Positions 8,560 through 17,153 of a DNA stretch of 64,000 bases are shown here, in pieces; the first letter of the stretch is position 1; each line of letters opens with the position of its first letter. Origin of the DNA: a virus. The notes beneath the pieces were generated by a model. The model was not told the DNA's origin and did not search any database. It saw nothing but the letters and a program-made list of their open reading frames with translations. The stretch is taken from positions 1 through 64,000 of the IMG/VR virus record IMGVR_UViG_3300039098_000035, one strand, 5' to 3'. A program made the position numbers and the translations under genes.

Positions 8560-9127
8560 ATACTTTAAAGCAAAAGGCTCAATATCTAACATAGTATTTT
8601 GCCGTGTACCTAAAGGTCTTACATACATAGCAGACGGTAACGTTTATGTGTATGAAGGTAACCTTCATGTACGTATCAAACGTACTGATGGTGTTGGTAA
8701 CCCTTATCCTGCACCTCTTAAAGACTTTCAAATATATCTACGAGAGAAATACATTCCTACTATTACTAACTTTTACTACAGTAAGAAGCAACATACTTTA
8801 CATGTTGTTACTAAGAAGCATGATAAAGATATACGTACAAGCGTAAAGAAATCAGACAACGATAGTGATGATATTCAATATGCCTTTCTGTACGCTATGA
8901 ATATGCATACACTTCATATCACATCATCACAATTAAAGAAACGTATCGATGATGCTTTAGTACCTTTTAAAATAAGAGAGAAGAAACGTATCATATCACG
9001 TCCCTTTCAAACAAACGTTAGTAAAGAAATTGTAATGCTTATCTTAACACACATGTTAGTTAAACACATTGGTAAAGAAAAATTTCTTACATTATATAAA
9101 CAAGCAGTACTTGCCTATGATAAATAG
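8546..9127 (+). CDS. Hypothetical protein
   Basis: 193-aa ORF with AAGGAG RBS. Confidence 0.75.
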   Translation: MRLNEYFKAKGSISNIVFCRVPKGLTYIADGNVYVYEGNLHVRIKRTDGVGNPYPAPLKDFQIYLREKYIPTITNFYYSKKQHTLHVVTKKHDKDIRTSVKKSDNDSDDIQYAFLYAMNMHTLHITSSQLKKRIDDALVPFKIREKKRIISRPFQTNVSKEIVMLILTHMLVKHIGKEKFLTLYKQAVLAYDK

Positions 9128-9371
9128 TAAACAAGATATGGAAGTATCTAGATTGCTAGGTAACATAGCTAAAGAAAGATCAGCACCACCTCGAAGGTGT
9201 TCTACTACATTCGGAGACAAAGTAATCCGAGCAGCTGTATCCCAGCTAAATAAAAACAAACGCGCTTATGTATTCTACCACTATCAAATAGAAACAATTA
9301 AAAAGAAGTTATCATTTGATATAATAGTAGAAGATATGGGCAGCGAAGTCTACCAACTAAGGAGAAAATGA
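9117..9371 (+). CDS. Hypothetical protein
   Basis: ATG 9117 overlaps the end of the previous gene. Confidence 0.55.
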   Translation: MINSKQDMEVSRLLGNIAKERSAPPRRCSTTFGDKVIRAAVSQLNKNKRAYVFYHYQIETIKKKLSFDIIVEDMGSEVYQLRRK

Positions 9372-9802
9372 TGGACAAAATAAAAGCACTACAAGAAAAC
9401 ATAATTAAAATTAATGCAATGATTGAAACTAATAAGGTAGCACATCAAAAAGCAATGGCACCTTATGAATTACAGGCAACAAATTTATTAAACAATCTAC
9501 GAGAAGTTAAAGAAAAAATTAGTACTGAAAAAATATATCTTAAGCTACGTACCTTAACCTATGTAAATGAAATACTATCTATCGAAGGCAATAAACATAT
9601 CATAGTATCTTCACGTATCAATCGTATTGTATTGCAACAACGTAATGTATGGGATGGTAAAGCATATGTTGCAATATACGCAGCTATCATTGATTACAAT
9701 CCTAAAGGTACAGCAAGAACAGAACGTTTAAGCATTGATATAGGACATAATAAAATAATGGCTGATGCAAATTTAGAACACATCACTAAACTATTATTAT
9801 GA
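9368..9802 (+). CDS. Hypothetical protein with N-terminal coiled coil
   Basis: 144-aa ORF with AAGGAG RBS. Confidence 0.7.
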   Translation: MMDKIKALQENIIKINAMIETNKVAHQKAMAPYELQATNLLNNLREVKEKISTEKIYLKLRTLTYVNEILSIEGNKHIIVSSRINRIVLQQRNVWDGKAYVAIYAAIIDYNPKGTARTERLSIDIGHNKIMADANLEHITKLLL

Positions 9803-9993
9803 CAGGCTTCTATCCCCCGATACCAAAAAAATATAGCATAATGTATACTAAAGGTACCTATGCCATAGTTCGTATACGTGATTACACATCTGAAGAAGGA
9901 CCACATGTCAAACAAATAACTGCTGAACGCCACAGCAATGATGCTCGCCGACAATGTGCCTTGATGAATGAAGCAAATAGAACAAACTCTTAA
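9799..9993 (+). CDS. Hypothetical protein
   Basis: 64-aa ORF with ATGA overlap. Confidence 0.55.
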   Translation: MTGFYPPIPKKYSIMYTKGTYAIVRIRDYTSEEGPHVKQITAERHSNDARRQCALMNEANRTNS

Positions 9994-10207
9994 AGCAATG
10001 CGTACTAATAAGGTACAGAGTATGATCGTATTAGTTATTGGATTACTTTCAAGTATCTTAAGCTTATCTTCTGTATACTTTCTACTAACGTACCTTAGTG
10101 TACTATGCTTTACATTATACATCTTATATTTTAAATGGCGTGAACAAAAATTAAATCAACAGCTATCATACTATGTAGCTATGCTAGCAAAGGAGGAGGA
10201 ACAATGA
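9968..10207 (+). CDS. Small membrane protein
   Basis: Long hydrophobic segment MIVLVIGLLSS...LYILYF. Confidence 0.6.
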   Translation: MKQIEQTLKAMRTNKVQSMIVLVIGLLSSILSLSSVYFLLTYLSVLCFTLYILYFKWREQKLNQQLSYYVAMLAKEEEQ

Positions 10208-10836
10208 AGTATCCAAGATTAGACTTCTGTGAATCACAGTACTATGAGAATGACATAGGTATTACTATGGCAGAGCTTGAAGATCATTGCTCTATGAGCA
10301 CTAGCTCTATACATATTACAGATAGAAAAGCTTTACTTGAAGCCTTTGAACTCTGTGTTACATATCCTTTTCAAACAGACATGGCTAATGACATGTCATT
10401 AATGGATTATCAAACTATTAGAGAAAGATATTTACGTGCAAACATGGACGATGTTATTAAAAATTTAATTACACTGTGCCATATAGAATCAAGAGCTTAT
10501 GAACTGCCTGTACGTAGTGCTAAAGGAATACTTACAAAAATATTTGGAGATACCCACGGCTATGGAGATTTCTATCAACGCTTTGTAGCATTAAAAGATT
10601 TTAAAATTATTTTAAAAGATCACACTAGTTTTATAGCTATGCTTAGAACTATTTTAACAACGCCTCAACAAAAGGTATTGTTTATGGATGATGCTGCACA
10701 TGCGGCTAAGCAAAAAACTGAACGCATTATACACCTAAAGAAACAATTAATACAAGCAAACCAAAAAATAATATCTGGTACTAGTGAAGTAACTAACATT
10801 ACTAGATTGTTAAAAGAGTTAGGAGAATCTGTATGA
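10204..10836 (+). CDS. Hypothetical protein
   Basis: 210-aa ORF with AAGGAGG RBS. Confidence 0.75.
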   Translation: MKYPRLDFCESQYYENDIGITMAELEDHCSMSTSSIHITDRKALLEAFELCVTYPFQTDMANDMSLMDYQTIRERYLRANMDDVIKNLITLCHIESRAYELPVRSAKGILTKIFGDTHGYGDFYQRFVALKDFKIILKDHTSFIAMLRTILTTPQQKVLFMDDAAHAAKQKTERIIHLKKQLIQANQKIISGTSEVTNITRLLKELGESV

Positions 10837-11579
10837 ACATACAAGTAGCACTACCACACATGGTAACTTGTGTATACAACTGTAAGTTCTGTTGCAATAC
10901 AATGCACACCCAGTTCAAAGGACATAGACTACCTGCTGTACTGTATGCTACTAAACTTGCAGAGTTTTTAAAGAAACAACCTCGACCTCTTACTATCGTA
11001 TTAACAGGAGAGAACGAACCATTACAATCATTAGAATATGTCCTTGCTGTTCTTACATTTGTACCTGATGATGTTACAGTTGAGCTAACATTAAAAGGAT
11101 ATAAATTAAAACAATTTCTTAAAGATTTTAAAACAAGTAAACGTGTTGACTTAATCAACTTCAGTGTATCATCAACAGGTAAGACATCATACTCTGAAAT
11201 GTATGATAAACAATTAGCCTTAGCACAGCTATGTAAACAACAAGGCATTACTACTCGCTTTACATTTCTAATGACTAAACTATTATCACCTCATATGGTA
11301 CGTCATGCAACACGTAGTAAATGGATAGATCAAATCACATTAAAAAAATTACAAGGCAGTACACCATACATTAAAAAGAATGCTAATGAATATACTGCTT
11401 CAGTAATTACAGAAGATGCAACTAATATCATGCCTGGTAAACGTTTCACTACATTACAGTATAATAATCAAGAGATATGGATAGACAGAGACTGTCAAGA
11501 CGGTGACTATCTTATCTTTAGACCTGATGGAAATGTATACATTACATGGACATCAAAGGTACCATTTGAGTTTTTATAG
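10833..11579 (+). CDS. Radical SAM protein
   Basis: CVYNCKFC (CxxxCxxC) and LTGENEP (GGEP-like); AGGAG RBS. Confidence 0.82.
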   Translation: MNIQVALPHMVTCVYNCKFCCNTMHTQFKGHRLPAVLYATKLAEFLKKQPRPLTIVLTGENEPLQSLEYVLAVLTFVPDDVTVELTLKGYKLKQFLKDFKTSKRVDLINFSVSSTGKTSYSEMYDKQLALAQLCKQQGITTRFTFLMTKLLSPHMVRHATRSKWIDQITLKKLQGSTPYIKKNANEYTASVITEDATNIMPGKRFTTLQYNNQEIWIDRDCQDGDYLIFRPDGNVYITWTSKVPFEFL

Positions 11580-11913
11580 ATTCAACGAGCCTAGTCCAGA
11601 AGCGTATATAATACGCTGTTATAATCAAGAACCATGTGCTATACATGTACATGGTATATCAGGCGATATTGATAAATGGACAGGACCTACATATAAAACA
11701 GAAGCTAATGCATATATTAATGCGTACATATGGTTACGCAAAAAACAAGCTGATGAATTGCACGCTCTTGAACTTGTCATGGCACGTAAAGGCATCGAAG
11801 GATATCCTAGTAATAATAACTTATTTCTAAAACGTCATCCTGAATTACGATCAAAACAACATCAAGAATTGTATAAAGAAATCCAACTTGGATTAAAGGA
11901 GAGACGTAAATGA
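11503..11913 (+). CDS. Hypothetical protein (start uncertain)
   Basis: ORF fills the operon; ATGA overlap with the next gene. Confidence 0.55.
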   Translation: MTILSLDLMEMYTLHGHQRYHLSFYRFNEPSPEAYIIRCYNQEPCAIHVHGISGDIDKWTGPTYKTEANAYINAYIWLRKKQADELHALELVMARKGIEGYPSNNNLFLKRHPELRSKQHQELYKEIQLGLKERRK

Positions 11914-12107
11914 ACGATCATGAATTAATCCATGAAGCCATGCGTCTAGCAGATAGACATAACTACATAGATGTAAGAGATATCTCAGCTAAGATAGCAG
12001 CTAACATAATGCACGGGTATTCTAACCATGCATATATCATGAGACAAGTAACTAATCTGCGTACATTAGCAGATGACTTGCTAAAATTTAAGAAGAAGGT
12101 GAAGTAA
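11910..12107 (+). CDS. Hypothetical protein
   Basis: 65-aa ORF with AAGGAG RBS. Confidence 0.65.
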   Translation: MNDHELIHEAMRLADRHNYIDVRDISAKIAANIMHGYSNHAYIMRQVTNLRTLADDLLKFKKKVK

Positions 12108-12109
12108 CA

Positions 12110-12487
12110 ATGAAAAAATTATTATTATTATTAATTGTACTATCGTTTACATTAGTGGGATGTGATGCTGCTGATACAGCAACACACAACCTAAAGGACC
12201 AAGCAGATAACTTCGGTTTACTCCGAAGAATCATAGTCTTTCACGGTGTAACAGGTGAAGTAACTATGGAAATTGAAGGATACTGTAGCATAACTGATCA
12301 AACTACTCAACTTGAAGTAGTATGTGAAGTAGGTAGAGATAAGTATTATATAAATTATGTACGCTTAGGTGATAATACTGAATACTTAGTAGAACAATTA
12401 GAACCTATTACTGTTAGCACTTACCATTATGTACGTAGGATCCGGCCACAGACAGCGATACCTGATATCGTTATAGACATAGAATAA
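12110..12487 (+). CDS. Conserved phage lipoprotein
   Basis: MKKLLLLLIVLSFTLVGC lipobox; ADTATHNL..ADNF..RRIIVF.GVT...IEGYCSI pattern common in phage lipoproteins. Confidence 0.8.
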   Translation: MKKLLLLLIVLSFTLVGCDAADTATHNLKDQADNFGLLRRIIVFHGVTGEVTMEIEGYCSITDQTTQLEVVCEVGRDKYYINYVRLGDNTEYLVEQLEPITVSTYHYVRRIRPQTAIPDIVIDIE

Positions 12488-12657
12488 TGTATGAAGTAAT
12501 TATTATTAAAGCACCTCGTACTGTACTCATATGTAACAAGGAACATCTATCACGTGTCCTTGAATTACTTAAACCTAATGCTCATGCTATGGTAGAGCGT
12601 ATTGAAATGTGTGAAAATGTATACGACTGTAGACAAGTCACACCAACAGTGATATAA
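12487..12657 (+). CDS. 56-aa hypothetical protein
   Basis: Read manually (MYEVIIIKAPRTVLICNKEHL...); TAATG coupling. Confidence 0.55.
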   Translation: MYEVIIIKAPRTVLICNKEHLSRVLELLKPNAHAMVERIEMCENVYDCRQVTPTVI

Positions 12658-12658
12658 T
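12630..12658 (+). promoter_or_regulatory. sigma70-type promoter ahead of the structured RNA
   Basis: TAGACA-17 bp-TATAAT with extended TG (TGATATAAT). Confidence 0.75.
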
Positions 12659-12664
12659 TAAATT

Positions 12665-13186
12665 AGTAATACATCCTTTAGATGTTTACGCAACTGAACC
12701 CCCGTTAAGAGCGGCAGTATAGGGAGGAGACAATACTTACATTGTGCCCGACATTCCAATCTACGAGCATTGATTGGGTGTCACTGTATGTGTTCGGACA
12801 TTGATTAAAAAATTGCGCAGATGTCTGAGCATGTACAGTGACATGAACCTAAGAACCCATGTCGCACTTATCCCTTACATAGCATGGTGGATAGAATTGT
12901 GTAACGATAAAACGATACGCTATAGACCTATTCACACATCCCCTTCCTTAGGGTCATCGAGAGGTGGCCCTTCCTACTAACACACAGATGTATAAGACAG
13001 CAGAGCCGGCAGCTCAAGCCGCAGGATTACCGCACCACAGCAGAGTGGATTCCATTCCTATGATAGAGCAGCATCTGTTTATTATAACCATCATGGTGGT
13101 ATCGGATGTAGTTCCGATAAAGGTATATAACATGTGGTTATATACCTTCCACCATTAATATATGCCCACACATGTGGGTTATTTTT
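12665..13186 (+). ncRNA. Candidate large structured ncRNA or leader RNA of unknown class
   Basis: No credible ORF. 23-bp stem with 4 G-U pairs (12779-12843), GAGA-tetraloop hairpin (12950-12971), closing helix 12984/13078, perfect three-way junction (13093-13155); promoter before and terminator-like hairpin after. Confidence 0.7.
13164..13186 (+). terminator. Putative intrinsic terminator or attenuator
   Basis: GCCCAC-acat-GTGGGT followed by TATTTTT. Confidence 0.55.
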
Positions 13187-13201
13187 ATATACTAAGGAGG
13201 T

Positions 13202-13438
13202 ATGATGAAACATAAATGTATCACTTCACCGAAGATTCAATTAGTATGGACGTGTGCTTACCGCTCATGTGCTGAAATAATTACGCACCAATTAACAGAG
13301 AAAGCAGAGATTGGTTATGATGTGCTCATGTTGTGTGAACAACACTTTAATACATGGAAAAAAGCGCATCCCAAAATAAAATTAGAGGAGGAAACAGATG
13401 TTAAATCAAGTAGTATTAGTAGGTCGTCTAGTCTATGA
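13202..13438 (+). CDS. Small Cys/His-rich (possibly Zn-binding) protein
   Basis: CAYRSC...LCEQHF; AAGGAGGT RBS. Confidence 0.6.
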   Translation: MMKHKCITSPKIQLVWTCAYRSCAEIITHQLTEKAEIGYDVLMLCEQHFNTWKKAHPKIKLEEETDVKSSSISRSSSL

Positions 13439-13736
13439 CCCTGTAATTAAAACACTAGATGACGGTAGAAAAGTTATGAAGATCACCCTTGCAATTAAGC
13501 GAGGTTATAAGAACGCAGAAACAAATGAGTATGATACAGACTTTATAGTTTGTACACTATGGGAAGGCATTGCAGAAAGTACAGTTGAATACTGTAAAAA
13601 GGGTGCAACAATAGGTGTTAAAGCACGCCTTGCTCAAAGATATTTTAAGTATGGAGATAACAAAACATTCAGCTATCCTGAAATCGTTGCTGAAAAAATT
13701 ACATTCATCAACACTAAGAATAATTATGACGATTGA
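13398..13736 (+). CDS. ssb: Single-stranded DNA-binding protein (bacterial SsbB-like, no long acidic tail)
   Basis: MLNQVVLVGRL..DP...TDFI.CTLW.GIAE...EYCKKG..IGV...EIVAEKITF. Confidence 0.95.
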   Translation: MLNQVVLVGRLVYDPVIKTLDDGRKVMKITLAIKRGYKNAETNEYDTDFIVCTLWEGIAESTVEYCKKGATIGVKARLAQRYFKYGDNKTFSYPEIVAEKITFINTKNNYDD

Positions 13737-13914
13737 TGAGGTAATTACACGCCTTCAACAAGTACCTAAAGATACCCCTATCTATACCATAGGCACTCTC
13801 TTCTTTGTAACAGGTACAGATCGTGACTATGTAACTACTGCAAAATCTATACCTGATTTTTTAAAAACTCATCACATTAAAACACTTGACAATTATGCCA
13901 AGGTGTTGAAATGA
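13726..13914 (+). CDS. Hypothetical protein
   Basis: ATG 13726 (MTIDEVITRLQQVPKD). Confidence 0.55.
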   Translation: MTIDEVITRLQQVPKDTPIYTIGTLFFVTGTDRDYVTTAKSIPDFLKTHHIKTLDNYAKVLK

Positions 13915-14183
13915 AACGTAAACATTGGCAAGGATATGGTACTGTCCAAGCTAAAGTAATACTGCGTACCTCTAGGAAACTAATGATTAGTGTACTAGGT
14001 TCACATGAATGCGGATTAACATTCCATAATCCTGATAACTATAGACTAGCCCAATGGCTAGGTACTAAAGGACTTGGTAGATTTAAAGCTTCAGATGTTG
14101 CAGCATATACAGTAGAAGAAATGTCTACTGATGAAGTAATGTACACCATTATACTAAAACAAAGGGCTACCGTACCATGGTAG
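13911..14183 (+). CDS. Hypothetical protein
   Basis: 90-aa ORF with ATGA overlap. Confidence 0.65.
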   Translation: MKRKHWQGYGTVQAKVILRTSRKLMISVLGSHECGLTFHNPDNYRLAQWLGTKGLGRFKASDVAAYTVEEMSTDEVMYTIILKQRATVPW

Positions 14184-14209
14184 CCTTAATAACTTAAGGA
14201 GAATAAACT

Positions 14210-15115
14210 ATGACACAAGCAGAAATACTTACAAGAATGCGCGATGATTTAAATAACGGTATCATGAAAGTAGTAGCATCCGATGGCTATAGATACTACA
14301 CTGATGTATTAACAGAAGAAATGAATATCCCTTTAACAACTACTGCAGAAACAGCGAAGCTATACAAAAAATTAGTTATCGATGCAGCTATTGCAGTGAA
14401 TACTCCATCAGCACAAACAGGAAATCCTTTCCTTAGACTGCCTCGTGTATCTATGTATATAGGACAGCCTGATACAGGTAAAACATACAAAGCTATTAAG
14501 GTAGCTGAATCATGTGGTCTTGATCCATTAATTAAAATGTGTAGAGACTCATTAAACTTAGAGACTTTGCTTGAGGACTTCACATTAAAAGATGGTAAGC
14601 CTATCTTTGAAGAATCATTAGCACTTAAAATGTTATCCGGTACTGACAATGGAGTCATCATTCTTGATGAGTTCAATACATTACTAACAGGTGTAATGAA
14701 AACATTACAACCTATCTTTGATGACACATCAACAACGTTTGAATACAGAGGTAAAGTATATAATAAGAATCTTAACTGTAAATTCATAGTAACATTGAAC
14801 GATAAAGATAAAGGTATCAGTGTAGTACCTGATGCCATACTATCACGTTCAAAATTAGAATGGTTCGAACCTGTACCTGTACCTATCTTAGCACAGTGGA
14901 CAAAGGTTCCACTTAAATGGATACAAACTATATACAATGTCTATAAAATAGCAGGCTTACTAGGTGTATTCGGTACTCGTCAGATAAAGATGTTAAGACA
15001 ACTACCTGATGTTGCCTCTATTAAGAACCACCTATATGGTTTATGCATGATGAAGAACATCGATGCTAAAATCATAGATCAATTACAGACAACTAATATG
15101 TTGAATCAATTATGA
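14210..15115 (+). CDS. MoxR/CobS-like AAA+ ATPase
   Basis: GQPDTGKT, VIILDEFN, FIVTLN, PDAILSR. Confidence 0.88.
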   Translation: MTQAEILTRMRDDLNNGIMKVVASDGYRYYTDVLTEEMNIPLTTTAETAKLYKKLVIDAAIAVNTPSAQTGNPFLRLPRVSMYIGQPDTGKTYKAIKVAESCGLDPLIKMCRDSLNLETLLEDFTLKDGKPIFEESLALKMLSGTDNGVIILDEFNTLLTGVMKTLQPIFDDTSTTFEYRGKVYNKNLNCKFIVTLNDKDKGISVVPDAILSRSKLEWFEPVPVPILAQWTKVPLKWIQTIYNVYKIAGLLGVFGTRQIKMLRQLPDVASIKNHLYGLCMMKNIDAKIIDQLQTTNMLNQL

Positions 15116-15534
15116 TAGACTTAGTTACAGTTAAATTAGTACGAGAAAAAAGTATACCTTATCAATGTAACTCTCCTGAAAAAACATATGAACTACTACA
15201 AAAATTAATAGGAGACAAACCTCAAGAACATTTTATAACTTTATGTATAGATGCTAAAGGTGTTGTAAATAATGCAAGTATTATACATATAGGTGCCATT
15301 AATAAAAGTGTAATAAGTCCAAGAGCTATCTTTCGTACGGCTATATTAAGTAACGCAGTAGCAATTATTATAGGACATAATCATCCTAGTGGTAACCCAA
15401 CACCTAGTCCAGAAGATAAACTTACAACAAAAGAATTAATAAAAGCAGGAACAATTTTAGATATTAAAATTCTTGATCATATTATTATAGGTAATAATAT
15501 ATACTATTCATTTAGAGAGAGAGGTCAAATGTAA
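15112..15534 (+). CDS. radC: RadC-like JAB/MPN domain protein
   Basis: QEHF...PRAIFRTAILSNA..IIIGHNHPSGNPTPSPED...LDHIIIG. Confidence 0.93.
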   Translation: MIDLVTVKLVREKSIPYQCNSPEKTYELLQKLIGDKPQEHFITLCIDAKGVVNNASIIHIGAINKSVISPRAIFRTAILSNAVAIIIGHNHPSGNPTPSPEDKLTTKELIKAGTILDIKILDHIIIGNNIYYSFRERGQM

Positions 15535-15535
15535 C

Positions 15536-17134
15536 ATGGCTAATGCAGCAGGAAAATTAAATATACCTGACCCTAAACCTAAACAACATAAGGACCCTAG
15601 TAAAGCAGCATTCATTAGCATCCTAGAATTTATTACCAATACATTCTATCGTACTAATGAGAACGAAGAGATCACAGTACAGATGGGTAAAACAGGTGTA
15701 AATTATTATGATACAAAACGTATCATGTTAGATGAAAGTATCATTGATGCTTATGGTAAGCTCAACATACCTAGATTCATAGTATATTATCATGAACTAG
15801 GACACCACTTATATTCTCAAGGTTCTTTTGAACTGCTTAAGAAGTGGTCCAAGCTTAATAAAGGTGGACCTATTGAATATCATAAGAGGTACCATCATCT
15901 AACTAATTGGATCGAAGATTATTATATTGAGAAAAAATTACTTAGTGAACATACATACTTAACAGATGTACTTAACTGTCTTAAGTTAGTACCCCCTGAG
16001 TATGATATCAATGCATTAGAATATGCATTCAATTTTTATTATATACATCAAGCACCAACACCAGCGTTACATTACGCAGACCAAGTAACTTTTATTTCTT
16101 ATCTTAAAAACTTAGATAAATTACGTTCACGTAATAATACTAAGTTCGGACGAGGAATTCTTTCAACGTTAAGTGTAAAGAGATCTACTGAAACAACATT
16201 CGTTGTACTCTTAATAGAGTTCTATGAATGGTGTGTCCTTAAAAAAATACTACCTAAAGATAATCCTATGCCGCCTCTATCTAATCCTAACAATCATATA
16301 CAACCGAAAGGTAAGAATGGCACAGGTAAAGGTAAAGGTAAAGATAAAGGTACATCATCCCCTCATTCAGGTCAAGTGGGAAAGAATGTTACATACGTAG
16401 AACAGTTTCATGTTGGTAAAGCTACTACTCTATTTAAAGATGAAGTAGCAGGAGAAAACAAGATGATACATAAAGAACTATTAGATATGTCGCAACGTTT
16501 ACAGGCTGACACATCCACATTAGATGGCTTGTTTAGTACTAAACATAAAGACAGTGCTATCATCCAACCAAAAATTATATTACCTAACTTCTTCAATCCT
16601 AAAAGATTAATAGATCAAGTACTCTTTAGACAAAAGCAACATACCTATATGAATGCTGCAATCTTTAGAGATATAAGTGGTAGTACTAGTGGAGATATTC
16701 ATACACTAATGGAACATGTAACAGCACGCTTACATGCAGAGATACCTGTAGATATAACGTACTACTTGTACTCATCAGGTAAAATAAGTGTTGTTGAAGT
16801 ACCTTATATACCCTGGCTTAAGAGACGCGATAAGCCTACGTTATATATTAATAATCCTTTAGTGCAACAGCTTACTGGAGGAACTAACAGTGATGCAATC
16901 GCTGATGTAATAACACAACAACTATCAGATAAATGGTTAAACATAATCATAACTGATGGTGATCTTAATAGTCTTATGAATAGAGATAACATTCATGAAC
17001 TGTTAAAGAATGTATTCGTAGTAGCTGTTGATGCTACTGTCGAACCTGGTCTATTAGGTGTACCTGTTAATAGTATAGTTGATATAGAAAATATAACTCC
17101 TGTATTATCTACGATAAACTTAGACAGAACATAA
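15536..17134 (+). CDS. Zincin (HExxH) plus vWA domain protein, CobT-like partner of the MoxR ATPase
   Basis: YYHELGHH...NWIEDYYIE; GK-rich linker; MIDAS DISGS, GGT, IITDG. Confidence 0.85.
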   Translation: MANAAGKLNIPDPKPKQHKDPSKAAFISILEFITNTFYRTNENEEITVQMGKTGVNYYDTKRIMLDESIIDAYGKLNIPRFIVYYHELGHHLYSQGSFELLKKWSKLNKGGPIEYHKRYHHLTNWIEDYYIEKKLLSEHTYLTDVLNCLKLVPPEYDINALEYAFNFYYIHQAPTPALHYADQVTFISYLKNLDKLRSRNNTKFGRGILSTLSVKRSTETTFVVLLIEFYEWCVLKKILPKDNPMPPLSNPNNHIQPKGKNGTGKGKGKDKGTSSPHSGQVGKNVTYVEQFHVGKATTLFKDEVAGENKMIHKELLDMSQRLQADTSTLDGLFSTKHKDSAIIQPKIILPNFFNPKRLIDQVLFRQKQHTYMNAAIFRDISGSTSGDIHTLMEHVTARLHAEIPVDITYYLYSSGKISVVEVPYIPWLKRRDKPTLYINNPLVQQLTGGTNSDAIADVITQQLSDKWLNIIITDGDLNSLMNRDNIHELLKNVFVVAVDATVEPGLLGVPVNSIVDIENITPVLSTINLDRT

Positions 17135-17149
17135 GAAATGAGGTATAAT
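17121..17149 (+). promoter_or_regulatory. sigma70-type promoter ahead of the primase-polymerase block
   Basis: TAGACA-17 bp-TATAAT. Confidence 0.6.
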
Positions 17150-17153
17150 ATTT

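Noticed and set aside
12986-13000. AGATGTATAAGACAG resembles the Tn5/Nextera mosaic end (AGATGTGTATAAGAGACAG)
   Set aside because: It lacks four bases in two places and its 5' part pairs with 13072-13078, so it is more likely native sequence than adapter.
12991-13070. Twister ribozyme-like words (UAA..GC..CUCAAGC..GAG)
   Set aside because: P2 complement, P4 register and the catalytic G-A do not fit the twister consensus; kept only as an unassigned structured domain.
12774-13158. ORFs of 68 and 64 aa in the structured region
   Set aside because: TTG/GTG starts without a convincing translation context; the region is better explained by RNA structure.
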